Source: Longimicrobiales bacterium (lineage in GTDB: Bacteria; Gemmatimonadota; Gemmatimonadetes; Longimicrobiales; Gaopeijiaceae). From it: 64,000 bases of DNA. The stretch spans positions 1,600,001 to 1,664,000 of the forward strand of contig CBDFIQ010000002.1 of the NCBI GenBank assembly GCA_965248195.1. Direction: 5' to 3'. Of the stretch, positions 1 through 10,187 are shown one piece after another. Within the stretch, counting starts at the first letter, position 1. Each line of letters begins with the position of its first letter. The translations under genes were made by a program, and so were the position numbers. Under the pieces are notes generated by a model, which ran no database searches, was not told where the DNA came from, and saw only the letters and a program-made list of their open reading frames with translations.

Positions 1-229
1 ACCACAGCAGCGCATAAGCGAAGCGGCCCCCCGCGGTCGGGGCCGTGACCAGGTGACTGGTGCCGACCCCGGTCATCATCAGAAGGACGCCGGGACCGAA
101 GTGGCTCATCAGACCCTTGACGGTCATGTCGGGCATCTCCAGATCGGAGAACGCCTCGTCTGTCTTGGGAAGAGTCTCGGAGGAGCTGCTCAGTTCGGGG
201 TCCATGGTCTGTGGGCTGAGGGTTTTCAT
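1..229 (-). CDS. NRAMP-like divalent metal transporter, N-terminal part (runs off window start)
   Basis: Manual translation from CAT at 227-229: MKTLSPQTM...HFGPGVLLMMTGVGTSHLVTAPTAGGRFAYALLW, matching the NRAMP-like N-terminal GPG..G..HLV...AG..F.Y.LLW pattern. Not in the ORF track because it is truncated. Confidence 0.7.
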   Translation of the reverse strand, partial: MKTLSPQTMDPELSSSSETLPKTDEAFSDLEMPDMTVKGLMSHFGPGVLLMMTGVGTSHLVTAPTAGGRFAYALLW

Positions 230-377
230 GGAGGGGCCGGCTCACGTTACGCAACGTTTACAAGATCCAACAGCCCCAAGGGACTTTCCATGTCGGAGGA
301 CCGGTGCCTAGGTTCACCGAAGGGTCGCCTGGTCGGCGGCCATTCGGTTGCACGCTTCTTTCCCTCGATGGAGCTCA

Positions 378-2039
378 GTGGCCCACATCAGAGACGACGA
401 CATCGTTGCCCGGTGGAAGGAAGAGCCGGCACCCCTGCTCCCGATTCTACACGATTTTCACGACCGGGACGGCTACCTCTCCGCGGAGGCCATACGAGCG
501 GTTGCGCAGGGTCTGCGGATCCCCATCGCCGATCTGTTCGGGACCGTGACCTTCTATCATCATTTTGCCCGCGAGCCGGGGGGACTCGGCGCGCCGAGGG
601 TCTGCACGGGACCGATCTGCAGGATGAGGGGCGCGGACGCGCTTCTCGGTGCGCTGGACGGCGCCACGGCCATGCCTTGCTCCGGCCGCTGCGACGATCC
701 CGTTCCGGTGCTGCGAGGCCACGACACGCTGGTGGGGCTTTCGGCGGAGAGCCTGGAGTCGAGGCCGTCCCCTCTTCCACCAGCGGCTCAGGACGGTGTC
801 GAAGAGTGCGTGTTCGCGGACATACGGGAGCCGGGGCGTGCGGGCCTGGAGGGATACCAGAGCACTGGTGGTTACGAGGGCCTCAGGAAGGCCCTCGACA
901 TGACGCCGGCGGAGCTGGTCGAGCTCGTCACCGATTCGGGTTTGGCCGGGCGGGGCGGGGCCGGCTTTCCCACGGGTGTGAAGTGGAAGGCGGTGGCGGA
1001 GGCGCCGGGGCACCCGAAGACCATCGTCTGCAACGCCGACGAGGGAGAGCCGGGATGCTTCAAGGACCGTTGCCTGATGGACTACGATCCACACGGCGTG
1101 GTGGAGGGTATGGTTCTGGCAGGGTACGCCTCGGGGGCCACCCGGGGCTTTATCTACCTCCGCTACGAGTATCCGGAGACAGAGCGTGTTCTCGCCCAAG
1201 CACTGAGTGATGCTCGCGACGCCGGGCTTTTGGGCCCCGGCGTTCTGGGCACCGACTTCTCCTTCGAGCTCTATGTTCGGCGCGGGGCAGGGGCGTACAT
1301 CTGCGGCGAGGAGACTTCCCTCCTGAACAGCCTGGAGGGCAAGCATCCATTTCCCCGAAACCGGCCTCCCTATCCCGTTACGCACGGTTTCGAGGATCTG
1401 CCCACAGTGGTGAACAACGTAGAGACGTTGGCCTCTGTGCCGCCCATCGTGCGGTTCGGTGCGGATTGGTATCGAGGACTGGGGCGCGGCGACCAGGCCG
1501 GCACCAAAGTGATCAGCCTCTCGGGTGATGTGACCCGGCCGGGAAACTACGAAGTCCCCCTGGGCTTTCCCCTCATGGAGCTCATCGACGGCTGGGCAGA
1601 GGGGACCGGAGAGGGCCGCACGATTCAGGCGGTCACCATGGCGGGGCTGTCGGGTGGTTTTCTCGCCGGCGAGGACCTGGACGTGACGCTGGACGAGCCG
1701 AACATCCGATCGAAGGGCTCGTTCCTGGGAGCGGGCGGTATTATGGTCTTCGACGACACCCGCGACATGATCGAGGTCTCCCATCAGGCCATGGAGTTCT
1801 TCGCCGACGAGTCGTGCGGCAAATGTTTTCCTTGTCGCATCGGAACCCAAAGGCTCATGGAGCGCCTGGCTGGGAAAGCGGGTCCCAAGGAGTTGGAGCG
1901 CTGGATCGACGAGGTCGCCGATGTGGGTAAGACCATGATGGAAACGAGTGCGTGCGGCCTGGGCATGGCCGCTCCACTGATAACGAACAGCCTGTTGAAG
2001 TATTTTCCCGATCGGGTGTCCGATCACGTGACGAGGTAG
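378..2039 (+). CDS. NAD-dependent formate dehydrogenase diaphorase subunit (NuoE-NuoF / FdsG-FdsB fusion)
   Basis: NuoE-like [2Fe-2S] Cys (CTGPIC...CSGRC), then NuoF motifs GRGGAGFPTGVKW, CNADEGEPG, GAGAYICGEETSLLNSLEG, ESCGKCFPCRIG. GTG start at 378 after GGAG. Confidence 0.9.
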   Translation: MAHIRDDDIVARWKEEPAPLLPILHDFHDRDGYLSAEAIRAVAQGLRIPIADLFGTVTFYHHFAREPGGLGAPRVCTGPICRMRGADALLGALDGATAMPCSGRCDDPVPVLRGHDTLVGLSAESLESRPSPLPPAAQDGVEECVFADIREPGRAGLEGYQSTGGYEGLRKALDMTPAELVELVTDSGLAGRGGAGFPTGVKWKAVAEAPGHPKTIVCNADEGEPGCFKDRCLMDYDPHGVVEGMVLAGYASGATRGFIYLRYEYPETERVLAQALSDARDAGLLGPGVLGTDFSFELYVRRGAGAYICGEETSLLNSLEGKHPFPRNRPPYPVTHGFEDLPTVVNNVETLASVPPIVRFGADWYRGLGRGDQAGTKVISLSGDVTRPGNYEVPLGFPLMELIDGWAEGTGEGRTIQAVTMAGLSGGFLAGEDLDVTLDEPNIRSKGSFLGAGGIMVFDDTRDMIEVSHQAMEFFADESCGKCFPCRIGTQRLMERLAGKAGPKELERWIDEVADVGKTMMETSACGLGMAAPLITNSLLKYFPDRVSDHVTR

Positions 2040-2043
2040 CCGA

Positions 2044-4767
2044 ATGAGCGGGACCAACGGAAAGGGCCACAACGACCTCACGCTCTTCCTCGACGGCGAG
2101 GAGGTGTCGTTCAGCCGCGGCGAGACCATCTACGAGGTCTCGGAGCGGCACGAAAGAGAGATCCCCACCCTCTGCTACGATCCCCGTCTCGACCCGTTCG
2201 GCGGCTGCCGCCTCTGCATCGTCGAGTTGGAGGGCGCTCGAAACCCGGTCGCCTCGTGTACTACGGAGGCTACCGCCGGCATGAGGGTCAAGACCAGCGG
2301 CGGCCGATTGGACATGCACCGGCGCGTGCTCCTCGAGTTGGTCGCCTCCGAGAATCGCGAGGTGGATGTGGATTCGCTCTCGGGTTACGCGTCGCAGGAG
2401 TTGGCGCAGCTGGTCGACCGATACGAAGCCCGTACGGGGCGGTTCCGCGGGCGCCAGTCGGGCACGAGTCACCCGAACGATCCCAACCCCTTCATCATGC
2501 GGGACTACGAGAACTGCATTTCTTGTTATCGCTGCGTTCGTGTGTGCGCCGAGCAGGAGGGTGACTACGCCATCACGGTGATGAACCGGGGCTTCGAGAC
2601 GCAGATAACGACCGAGTTCGACGGCCTGCTCAAGGACTCCGCGTGCACCTTCTGCGGGCAGTGTGTGCAAACCTGCCCCACCGGGGCCCTGGCCGACCTG
2701 AAGGCGCTACGGAACGTCGAGGTCGCGGGCGCCACCGAGAAGACGCGGACGGTCTGCACGTATTGCGGGGTCGGCTGCTCCATCGACGTCCTGACGAGGG
2801 GCGATGAGATTGTGGGGGTCCTGCCGGGAATGGACGGTCCCGCCAACCACGGCGCCCTGTGTGTGAAGGGCCAATATGCCTACGACTTCGTGGGGCATCG
2901 CGACCGTCTTGCCACGCCTTACGTGCGGGGCGATGACGGCCAGCTCCGGCCCGCATCGTGGGACGAGGCACTCGATCGTGCCGCTGCGGGGCTGGGCGGG
3001 GTCATCGCGGAGCACGGCCGCCACAGCTTTTTCGGGATCGCCTCGGGCCGGGCTCCGAATGAAGCCGCGTACACGATGCAGAAGTTCGTGAGGGCTGGGT
3101 TGGGTACCAACTACATCGACAACTGTAGCCGTGCTTGACACGCTCCTACTGTCGCCGGTCTGGCGGCAAGCATCGGTCGGGGCGCCATGTCGAACCCGTT
3201 GGCGGACATGGACAAGCCCGATGTGATCTTCTGCATCGGGACAAACATGACGGAGACCCACCCCGTGGCCGCCACGGGCCTGAAGAAGGCCTTGGCCAGG
3301 GGGGCGAAGATGATCGTTGCCGACCCCAGGGAGATCGAGCTCGCGAGGCTGGCCCACGTGTACCTGCCCATCCGTGTGGGCTCCGACACGGCGTTGCTCC
3401 TGGCTATGGCGCACGTCATCGTGCGGGAGGGTCTGGTGGACGAGGGCTTCATGGCCGCCCGAACCACCGAGGGCCAGGAGTTCCTGGAGCACGTGGAGCG
3501 CTTCAGCCCCGCCTGGGCCGCAGAGATCTGCGAGGTACAGGCCGAGGACATCGAGAAGGCGGCCCTCTTGTACGGCAAGGCCGAGCGTGGGGCGATCTAC
3601 TACACGCTCGGGATCACCGAGCACATCTGCGGCGTCGAGAATGTGCAAAGTCTCTGCAACCTCGTCCTCCTGACGGGGAACATCGGCCGGGAGGGAACGG
3701 GCATCAACCCCATGCGCGGGCAGAATAACATTCAGGGAGCCGGGGACATGGGCGCGCTGCCCAACAACTACCCGGGGTTCCAGCCGGTCACCGACCCGGC
3801 CCATCAGGAGAAGTTCGAGAAGGCGTGGGGGACCAAGATCGATCTCGAGAAGGGCATCACCAAGGTCACGGCCCTGGACATGTGTGGAGATCAGATCCGG
3901 GCCATGTACATCGACGGTGAGAACACGGTTGTCACCGATCCGGACCGCACGCACTGCGAGCACGCGCTCAGAAGCCTCGACTTCCTGGTGGTCACCGACC
4001 TCTTCATGACCGACACGGCCGAGCTGGCCGATGTCGTTTTCCCGGCCGCCGCCTGGGCCGAGGTGGACGGGACCCAGACGAACACCGAGAGGCGGATCCA
4101 GCGTCTGCGGGCGGCCGTACCGCCTCAGGGCGATGCCATGCCCGACTGGTGGATCACTTCCCAGCTCGCGAAGCGTATGGGATTCCAGGGCTTCGATTAC
4201 GAGGGGCCGGACGATGTTTTTAATGAGTGTTGCGAGCTGTCGCCGATCTACCAAGGGGTGAGCTGGGACACGGTCGAACACGGTGAGTACATATGGCCCA
4301 TCCCCTTCGACGGCCATCCGGGGACACCCCGACTGCACGAAGGAGAGTTCGTCAACGGCCGTGGCATCTTCACAGTCGCGGAATACCGGGATCCGGCTGA
4401 GACCATCGACGACGACTACCCGGTGTGGCTCACCACGGGCCGCAGGCTGGCGTCGTACCACACGCGCACGCAGACCGGGCGATCCGCCGGAATCGAGTAC
4501 CTCCTGTCCGAGGAGGTCCTGGAGGTCCACCCGACGGATGTGGAGGAATGGGGTCTCGAGGACGGAGGCTGCGCGATCGTCTCCAGCCGCCGGGGATCGG
4601 TCCGGGTGAAGGTCCAGGCCAACAACCGCTCGCCGAAGGGGACGGTGTTCACCACGTTCAGCTTCAGCGACGTTCCCGTAAACGTGCTCACCGGATCCGG
4701 GTACGATCCCATCACGCAGACCGCCGAGTTGAAGGTCTGCGCGGTGCGTGTGGAGCCTGCTACGTAA
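2044..4767 (+). CDS. fdhF: Selenocysteine-containing formate dehydrogenase alpha subunit (Mo/W-bisPGD), 907 aa, Sec at UGA 3136-3138
   Basis: ORFs 2044..3138 and 3187..4767 are in the same frame. Read-through gives DNCSRA-U-HAPTVAGL, the FdhF active-site motif. Also N-terminal 2Fe-2S and 2x4Fe-4S motifs, CTYCGVGC, PMRGQNNIQGAGDMG and a C-terminal ELKVCAV. Confidence 0.95.
3151..3167 (+). promoter_or_regulatory. Bacterial SECIS-like hairpin of fdh
   Basis: GTCGCC-GGTCT-GGCGGC stem-loop 12 nt after the UGA; resembles the E. coli fdhF SECIS apex (GCAGGUCUGC). Confidence 0.85.
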
Positions 4768-4774
4768 GGATCTT

Positions 4775-6907
4775 TTACAGCAGCCCCGCGCCGCGGGCCC
4801 ACTGGTATTTCGCGCCGAGGATCGCGACGGGTAGCTCCGTCGTGTATGGACAGGCCACGATGCCTCGCTCGTAGAGGTACTCGGAGGCCTCCTCCACTTC
4901 CACGTCACCCACCAGAGAGCACACGATGGGTTTGTCTATGCCTTTGTCTCTGGCTTCCTGAACCACGCGGGCACAGAGCTCGGCGAAGACCATGGGCGGC
5001 GTAACAATGGTATGCCAGTAGCCCAGCATGAGTGCGTGGACACGGTCGTCTTCGAGTCCGAGGCGAATGGTTTTCTCGTACGTGATCGGCGGCTCCCCGC
5101 CCGTGATATCCACCGGGTTTCCCGAAGCACCGAACGGAGGAATGAACTCCTTGAAGGCTTCGTCCAGATCCTGCGGAAATTTCATCAAGGAAAGCCCGTT
5201 ATCCACGGCGGCGTCGGACAGCAGAACGCCTGATCCGCCCGCGCCCGTGATGATCACGATGTCCTCGCCCTTCGGAGTGGGAAGGACCGGAAGGCCGTGC
5301 GCAAACTGCAGCATGTCGTTCAGGCTGTAGGCACGGATCACACCGCTGGCTCGTAGCACGTCATCGTAGATCTTGTCGTTACCCGCCAATGCCCCCGTGT
5401 GCGAAGCCGCTGCCTTCGCGCCGAGCTGCGTGCGGCCCGCCTTCAGCATGACGATGGGCTTCTTCTTGGAAACGCGCTTCGCGACCTCGGCGAAGCTCTG
5501 GCCGTCCTTGAGATCCTCCGCGTGCATCGCGATGACGTCGGTGTTGTCATCCTGCTCGAAGTAGGTGAGCAGATCATCCTCGTCGAGATCCGACTTGTTG
5601 CCCAGTCCGACGATGGCGGAGACGCCCATTTTCGTGGAACGGCTAAAACCGATGATGGACATGCCGACACCACCACTCTGTGAAGACAGCGCGGTTCTGC
5701 CCTTGACGTCATAAGGGGTACAGAAGGTGGCGCAGAGATTCGCAGGCGTGTAGTAGAACCCATAGATGTTGGGTCCCATCATGCGCACGTCATGCTTGCG
5801 TGCCACGGCAAGGAGCTCCTCCTGGAGCTCCGTCTCTCCGACCTCGGCGAAGCCCGAAGGAATCATGATTGCGCCGGCAACGCTCTTCTCACCCACCTCT
5901 TCCATCGCGCCCACGCAAAATTTCGCGGGAACCGCGAATACGGCGATGTCGACGTCACCCGGGACGTCCTTGATGCTCTTGTAGACCTTCTTACCCAGAA
6001 TCTCGTCGGCCTTCGGGTTGATCGGGTAGAGCTCCCCCTCATAACCGCCATTGATGATGTTCTTCATCACCGAGTTCCCGATCTTGCCTTCGCCATCGGA
6101 CGCGCCAATGACGGCGACCGCTTTCGGGTTCATGATGCGATTCATCGCCGAGACGATGTCTTCCTGACTTGGGCGATACAGCTCCTTCGGTGGCGTAAAG
6201 TCGACCGAAATCAGCGTATCGACCGCTGTCGCGCCATTGGCGTCCGCAAGGATCGGGTTGAGGTCGACCTCCTGGATTTCCGGAAATTCGCTGATCAGAT
6301 CGGAGACGTTGACGATGATGCTCGCCAAGGCGTCTCGATCGACGCCTTCCGAGCCCCTGACGCCGTCCAGCACCTCGGCGGCCTGGATGCTGTCCAGCAT
6401 GGACTTCGCGTCGGCACTCGTGGCGGGAGCCAAGCGGAAAGTGATGTCTTTCAGCACTTCCACCAGAATGCCGCCGAGCCCGAACGCCACGAGTTTTCCG
6501 AAGCTCGGGTCCGTGACCGCGCCGACGATCACTTCCAGACGATCGCCGGTCACTTGCTCCTGGATTTGAACGCCCACGATGTCCGCGTCGCCCTTGTACG
6601 CCTTCGCACTACTGACGATGCTCTCGTACGCGGCTGCGGCAGCTTCGGAGTCCGCCACGCCGACGCGTACGCCCCCGGCTTCCGTCTTATGCAGGATGTC
6701 GGGGGAGACGATCTTCATGACCACGGGGTAGCCGATGTCGTCGGCGATGGCAGAAGCCTCCGCGCCAGACTGAGCGAGCCCTTCACGAGGCACGGGGATT
6801 TTGTAGGCGTCGCACACCGTCCTGCATTCCGGAGCGGTCAGAGAGGTGCGCCCCTCGGATTTCACCCGGTCCAACACCGTGCGGACAGCTTCTCGCCGGC
6901 TACTCAT
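4775..6907 (-). CDS. ADP-forming acyl-CoA synthetase (acetate--CoA ligase family; ATP-grasp domain first, then CoA-binding/ligase domains)
   Basis: YPVVMKIVSPDILHKTEAGGV, DPSFG, EVDLNP, then VAVIGAS, GPN, SQSGG, AASHTGALAG, NPVDITG. Confidence 0.9.
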   Translation of the reverse strand: MSSRREAVRTVLDRVKSEGRTSLTAPECRTVCDAYKIPVPREGLAQSGAEASAIADDIGYPVVMKIVSPDILHKTEAGGVRVGVADSEAAAAAYESIVSSAKAYKGDADIVGVQIQEQVTGDRLEVIVGAVTDPSFGKLVAFGLGGILVEVLKDITFRLAPATSADAKSMLDSIQAAEVLDGVRGSEGVDRDALASIIVNVSDLISEFPEIQEVDLNPILADANGATAVDTLISVDFTPPKELYRPSQEDIVSAMNRIMNPKAVAVIGASDGEGKIGNSVMKNIINGGYEGELYPINPKADEILGKKVYKSIKDVPGDVDIAVFAVPAKFCVGAMEEVGEKSVAGAIMIPSGFAEVGETELQEELLAVARKHDVRMMGPNIYGFYYTPANLCATFCTPYDVKGRTALSSQSGGVGMSIIGFSRSTKMGVSAIVGLGNKSDLDEDDLLTYFEQDDNTDVIAMHAEDLKDGQSFAEVAKRVSKKKPIVMLKAGRTQLGAKAAASHTGALAGNDKIYDDVLRASGVIRAYSLNDMLQFAHGLPVLPTPKGEDIVIITGAGGSGVLLSDAAVDNGLSLMKFPQDLDEAFKEFIPPFGASGNPVDITGGEPPITYEKTIRLGLEDDRVHALMLGYWHTIVTPPMVFAELCARVVQEARDKGIDKPIVCSLVGDVEVEEASEYLYERGIVACPYTTELPVAILGAKYQWARGAGLL

Positions 6908-6961
6908 TTCCGATCCGCTTGTTGTTCGCGGCTCGACGGCCGCTCCCGCGATCGCGACGTC

Positions 6962-8200
6962 TCATCTTGTAAAAGCGCCCGCTTCCTTCAACCCATCGAT
7001 CTCGCTGTCCTCGTAGCCCAGTACCTCAGCGAGAATCTCATCGGTATGCTCACCCAGGAGCGGTGAACGCTCGATCTTCACCGGAGAGTCGGAGAGCTTG
7101 ATGGGACACCCCAGATTGTGCCACTTCCCGCGTTCCGGGTGATCGATTTCCACATACATCTCGCGCTGCTTCACGTGCTCGTCGTTGGCCAGGTCCATGG
7201 TGCTCAGCACGGGGCCACAGGGTACGTTGATCTCGTTGAAAATCTCCATGAGCTCGCGCTTCGTGTGGTCGCTTGCGAACTCGGTCAGCACGGCCCACAT
7301 GTCGTCCTGGTTCTGGCGGCGCGCATCGATCTTTTCGAAACGTGGATCCTTGACGAGCTCTTCACCTCCGACCCGCTCCGCCAGCGCGTTCCAGACGTGC
7401 TCCTGGACCACGACGTAGAGATAGTCGTTTGCGCCTCCGGGCTTGCACTGGATCGCGTTGCCGAGCTGGCCTCCACCAGAATCGTTACCGGCTCGAGGCG
7501 TAAAGTCGTCGAACTCCTGCACGGAGTACTCGGTTAGGGGTCCACGCTGAACGCGCTGGTGATCCCGGAACTTCACGCGCGCCAGATTCATCACGCAGTC
7601 CATCATGGCGCACTCCACGTACTGGCCACGCCCCGTGCGCTCCCGCTGGATGAGAGCGGCGAGGATGCCGGCCATCAGGTGTACCCCCGTGCCCGAATCG
7701 CCAATCTGCGCTCCCGCGGCGACCGGAGGACCCTCGTTCAATCCCGTGGTGCCCATGGCACCGCCCATGGCCTGCGCGATGTTCTCGTAGGCCTTGAACT
7801 CCGCGTACGGGCCTTCGCTGCCAAAACCCTTGATGGAGGCCATGACGATTCGGGGATTGATCTCATGGACCCTGTCCCACCCGAAGCCGAGCCGATTCAG
7901 AACGCCCGGCCCGAAGTTCTCCATCAGCACGTCGCAGCTCTCCACCAGCTTCGTAAAGACCTCTTTGCCCCTGTCGTTCTTCAGGTTCACGGTGATCGAG
8001 CGCTTGTTGCAGTTCAGCATCGTGAAGTAGAGGCTGTCGGCGTCCGGGACGTCTCGCAGCTGCTTGCGCGTGGCGTCTCCCATCGGGGATTCGAGCTTGA
8101 TCACGTCCGCACCCAGGAAGGCCATCAGCTGGCTCGAGGTCGGACCCGCCTGTACGTGGGTCATGTCCAGAATGCGAACGTCAGAGAGCGCCTTATCCAT
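6962..8200 (-). CDS. frc: Formyl-CoA transferase (CoA-transferase family III)
   Basis: LDMTHVQAGP, DSLYFTMLNCNKRSIT, ENFGPG, KAYENIAQ, AQIGDSGTG, RAGNDSGGGQ (Frc glycine loop). Confidence 0.9.
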   Translation of the reverse strand: MDKALSDVRILDMTHVQAGPTSSQLMAFLGADVIKLESPMGDATRKQLRDVPDADSLYFTMLNCNKRSITVNLKNDRGKEVFTKLVESCDVLMENFGPGVLNRLGFGWDRVHEINPRIVMASIKGFGSEGPYAEFKAYENIAQAMGGAMGTTGLNEGPPVAAGAQIGDSGTGVHLMAGILAALIQRERTGRGQYVECAMMDCVMNLARVKFRDHQRVQRGPLTEYSVQEFDDFTPRAGNDSGGGQLGNAIQCKPGGANDYLYVVVQEHVWNALAERVGGEELVKDPRFEKIDARRQNQDDMWAVLTEFASDHTKRELMEIFNEINVPCGPVLSTMDLANDEHVKQREMYVEIDHPERGKWHNLGCPIKLSDSPVKIERSPLLGEHTDEILAEVLGYEDSEIDGLKEAGAFTR

Positions 8201-8217
8201 AGTCTGTTATTCTCCGA

Positions 8218-9969
8218 TCACTTGTACATGGTTTGACGTTTGGTTCCGGGTGACCATTCACCAGGGTCCACCCAGATATTGATGACCGCAGATTTGCCGG
8301 AAGTTTTCACGGCTTCCCGCGCGCGTTGCAGCGAAGGTTGGATCTCCGCGGAGTCTCGAACTTCTTCGCCGTATCCGCCGAGCATCTCGGCGAACTTGGA
8401 GAAAGGCACGTTGCCCAGGAGATTGCCGACGTTGCCGCGCTCCTCGCCGTACTTGGCCAATTGCCCGTAACGAATCTGATTCATGGCGGAATTGTTGCCG
8501 ATGACCGCGACGTACGGCGCACCGAATCGATTGGCCGTCTCCATATCGAAAGCAGTCATCCCGAAAGAGCCGTCGCCGTAGTAGCAAAGGACCTCTTTCT
8601 CGGGATGCACCAGCTTCGAGGCCAGCGCGAAACCGGTGCCGACACCCAGGCCGCCCAGCGCGCCCGGATCCATCCAGTTGCCCGGCGCTCGGGGCTGAAC
8701 CGCCTGGGCGCTGATGGTGACCACATCGCCTCCGTCGCCAATGTAGATGGTGTCCTCGGTGAGGAACTCGTTCAGCTCCCACGCGACGCGATATGGATGG
8801 ATGGGGTTTGCGTCCGACAAAAAGAGCGGCATCAGCTTTTCCGTCTTCTGCAGCTCGATGGCCCGCAATTGCTCGAGCCACTTCTTGCGGCCCTTGGCCC
8901 CGTTGTCCGCGAGACCGGTGGTCGCGTCGTGCACGGCCTTCAGGATCGCGCCGGGATCACCGACGAGCCCGAGCGAAACGTCGCGGTTCTTCGCGACAGT
9001 CCTGTAATCCATGTCGATGTGCACGACCGTGGCTTCAGCACTCAGTCGTCGGCCGTAGCCCATCCGGAAATCGAACGGCGTGCCGACGATAACGATGACG
9101 TCGGCTTCCTTGAAAGCATCGCCGCGGGTGCGGTGGAAATAGTAGGGATCGCCCGGCGGGAGGATTCCGCGCGAAGCGCCGTTCATGTAGCCCGGGATAT
9201 TCAGACCTTTCAGGAGCGCAATGGCCTCTTCGTGGCCGCGGCAGGTCCACACCTGGGTGCCCAGTAGCATGGCTGGTCGTTCGGACTTGACCAGGATCTC
9301 CGCCAGCTTCTCGATATCGTCGGGATCGCCGATGGCCTTCGTGGAGGCCCGATAGTGGCCGGCCTTCGGGATGACGGCGTCGGCCAGGGAGACCTCGCGA
9401 TCCAGGACATCGCGGGGAATCTCCAGATAGCTCGGCCCCGGCGCGCCGGCAAAGCACTCCCTGGCTGCCATGGCTATCATGTCCGGGATTCTCTCCGTGG
9501 ATCGCACGCTCGCGGAGAACTTGGTAATCGGCGCGGCGATGTCCACGTGGGGCAGATCCTGGAGCGACCCCATCTTGTGCTGCGAAAGGGCTCCCTGTCC
9601 GCCGATATGCAGTACCGGACTCTCGGATCGGAACGCCGTTGCGATGCCAGTGAGCGCATTGGTAAAGCCGGGGCCCGCCGTGGTGATCACGCAGCCCAAA
9701 CGGCCGGTCTGGCGGGCGTAGCCGTCCGCAGCATGGGCCGCCACCTGCTCGTGGCGCACATCGATGATGCGAATGTCGTTGTCGATACACCCGTCATACG
9801 TGTCGATGATGTGCCCACCGCAGAGCGTGAAGATCGTATCGATCCCCTCGTTCTTGAGTGCGGCGGCCACCAGATGGCCGCCGGAAATGACGTCGGCGTC
9901 CTTGCTCTTTCTCGCAAGGGTATCTTCCGCCGTCGTGGTTGTCGCTTTTTCCGCGGTGACGCTTGCCAT
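8218..9969 (-). CDS. ThDP-dependent enzyme (oxalyl-CoA decarboxylase / 2-hydroxyacyl-CoA lyase-like)
   Basis: FTLCGGHI, DVRHEQVAAHAADGYAR, TAGPGFTN, ThDP motif GDGSFG...GNN; directly upstream of frc. ATG start taken at 9969. Confidence 0.8.
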   Translation of the reverse strand: MASVTAEKATTTTAEDTLARKSKDADVISGGHLVAAALKNEGIDTIFTLCGGHIIDTYDGCIDNDIRIIDVRHEQVAAHAADGYARQTGRLGCVITTAGPGFTNALTGIATAFRSESPVLHIGGQGALSQHKMGSLQDLPHVDIAAPITKFSASVRSTERIPDMIAMAARECFAGAPGPSYLEIPRDVLDREVSLADAVIPKAGHYRASTKAIGDPDDIEKLAEILVKSERPAMLLGTQVWTCRGHEEAIALLKGLNIPGYMNGASRGILPPGDPYYFHRTRGDAFKEADVIVIVGTPFDFRMGYGRRLSAEATVVHIDMDYRTVAKNRDVSLGLVGDPGAILKAVHDATTGLADNGAKGRKKWLEQLRAIELQKTEKLMPLFLSDANPIHPYRVAWELNEFLTEDTIYIGDGGDVVTISAQAVQPRAPGNWMDPGALGGLGVGTGFALASKLVHPEKEVLCYYGDGSFGMTAFDMETANRFGAPYVAVIGNNSAMNQIRYGQLAKYGEERGNVGNLLGNVPFSKFAEMLGGYGEEVRDSAEIQPSLQRAREAVKTSGKSAVINIWVDPGEWSPGTKRQTMYK

Positions 9970-10187
9970 GGGATGCTCCCGGTAGACTTTTCTCAGGTCA
10001 GTTAATCCAAGGACGGCTAACGCACGAGGCACCATATTGCGCCGTAGACCATTAGCAGGCAATCTCCGCAAGGCCAAGGGCTGTCGAACACGAAGGACTC
10101 GCGAGTGCGGCGATCGCTTGGTTTGAAGCACACCCGCGGGGCTAGACACCGCCGATCTAGCTCAGCGTCACGTCACTGGAGAGGACT

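Noticed and set aside
230..377. Moco/Wco riboswitch upstream of the FDH operon
   Set aside because: The context is plausible, but I could not recognise the conserved motif elements; it needs an Rfam scan.
2707..4908. Long antisense ORFs (e.g. 2707..4908-, 447..2129-, 30565..32499+, N-terminal part of 49221..51071+)
   Set aside because: Shadow ORFs typical of high-GC coding sequence, lying opposite well-supported genes.
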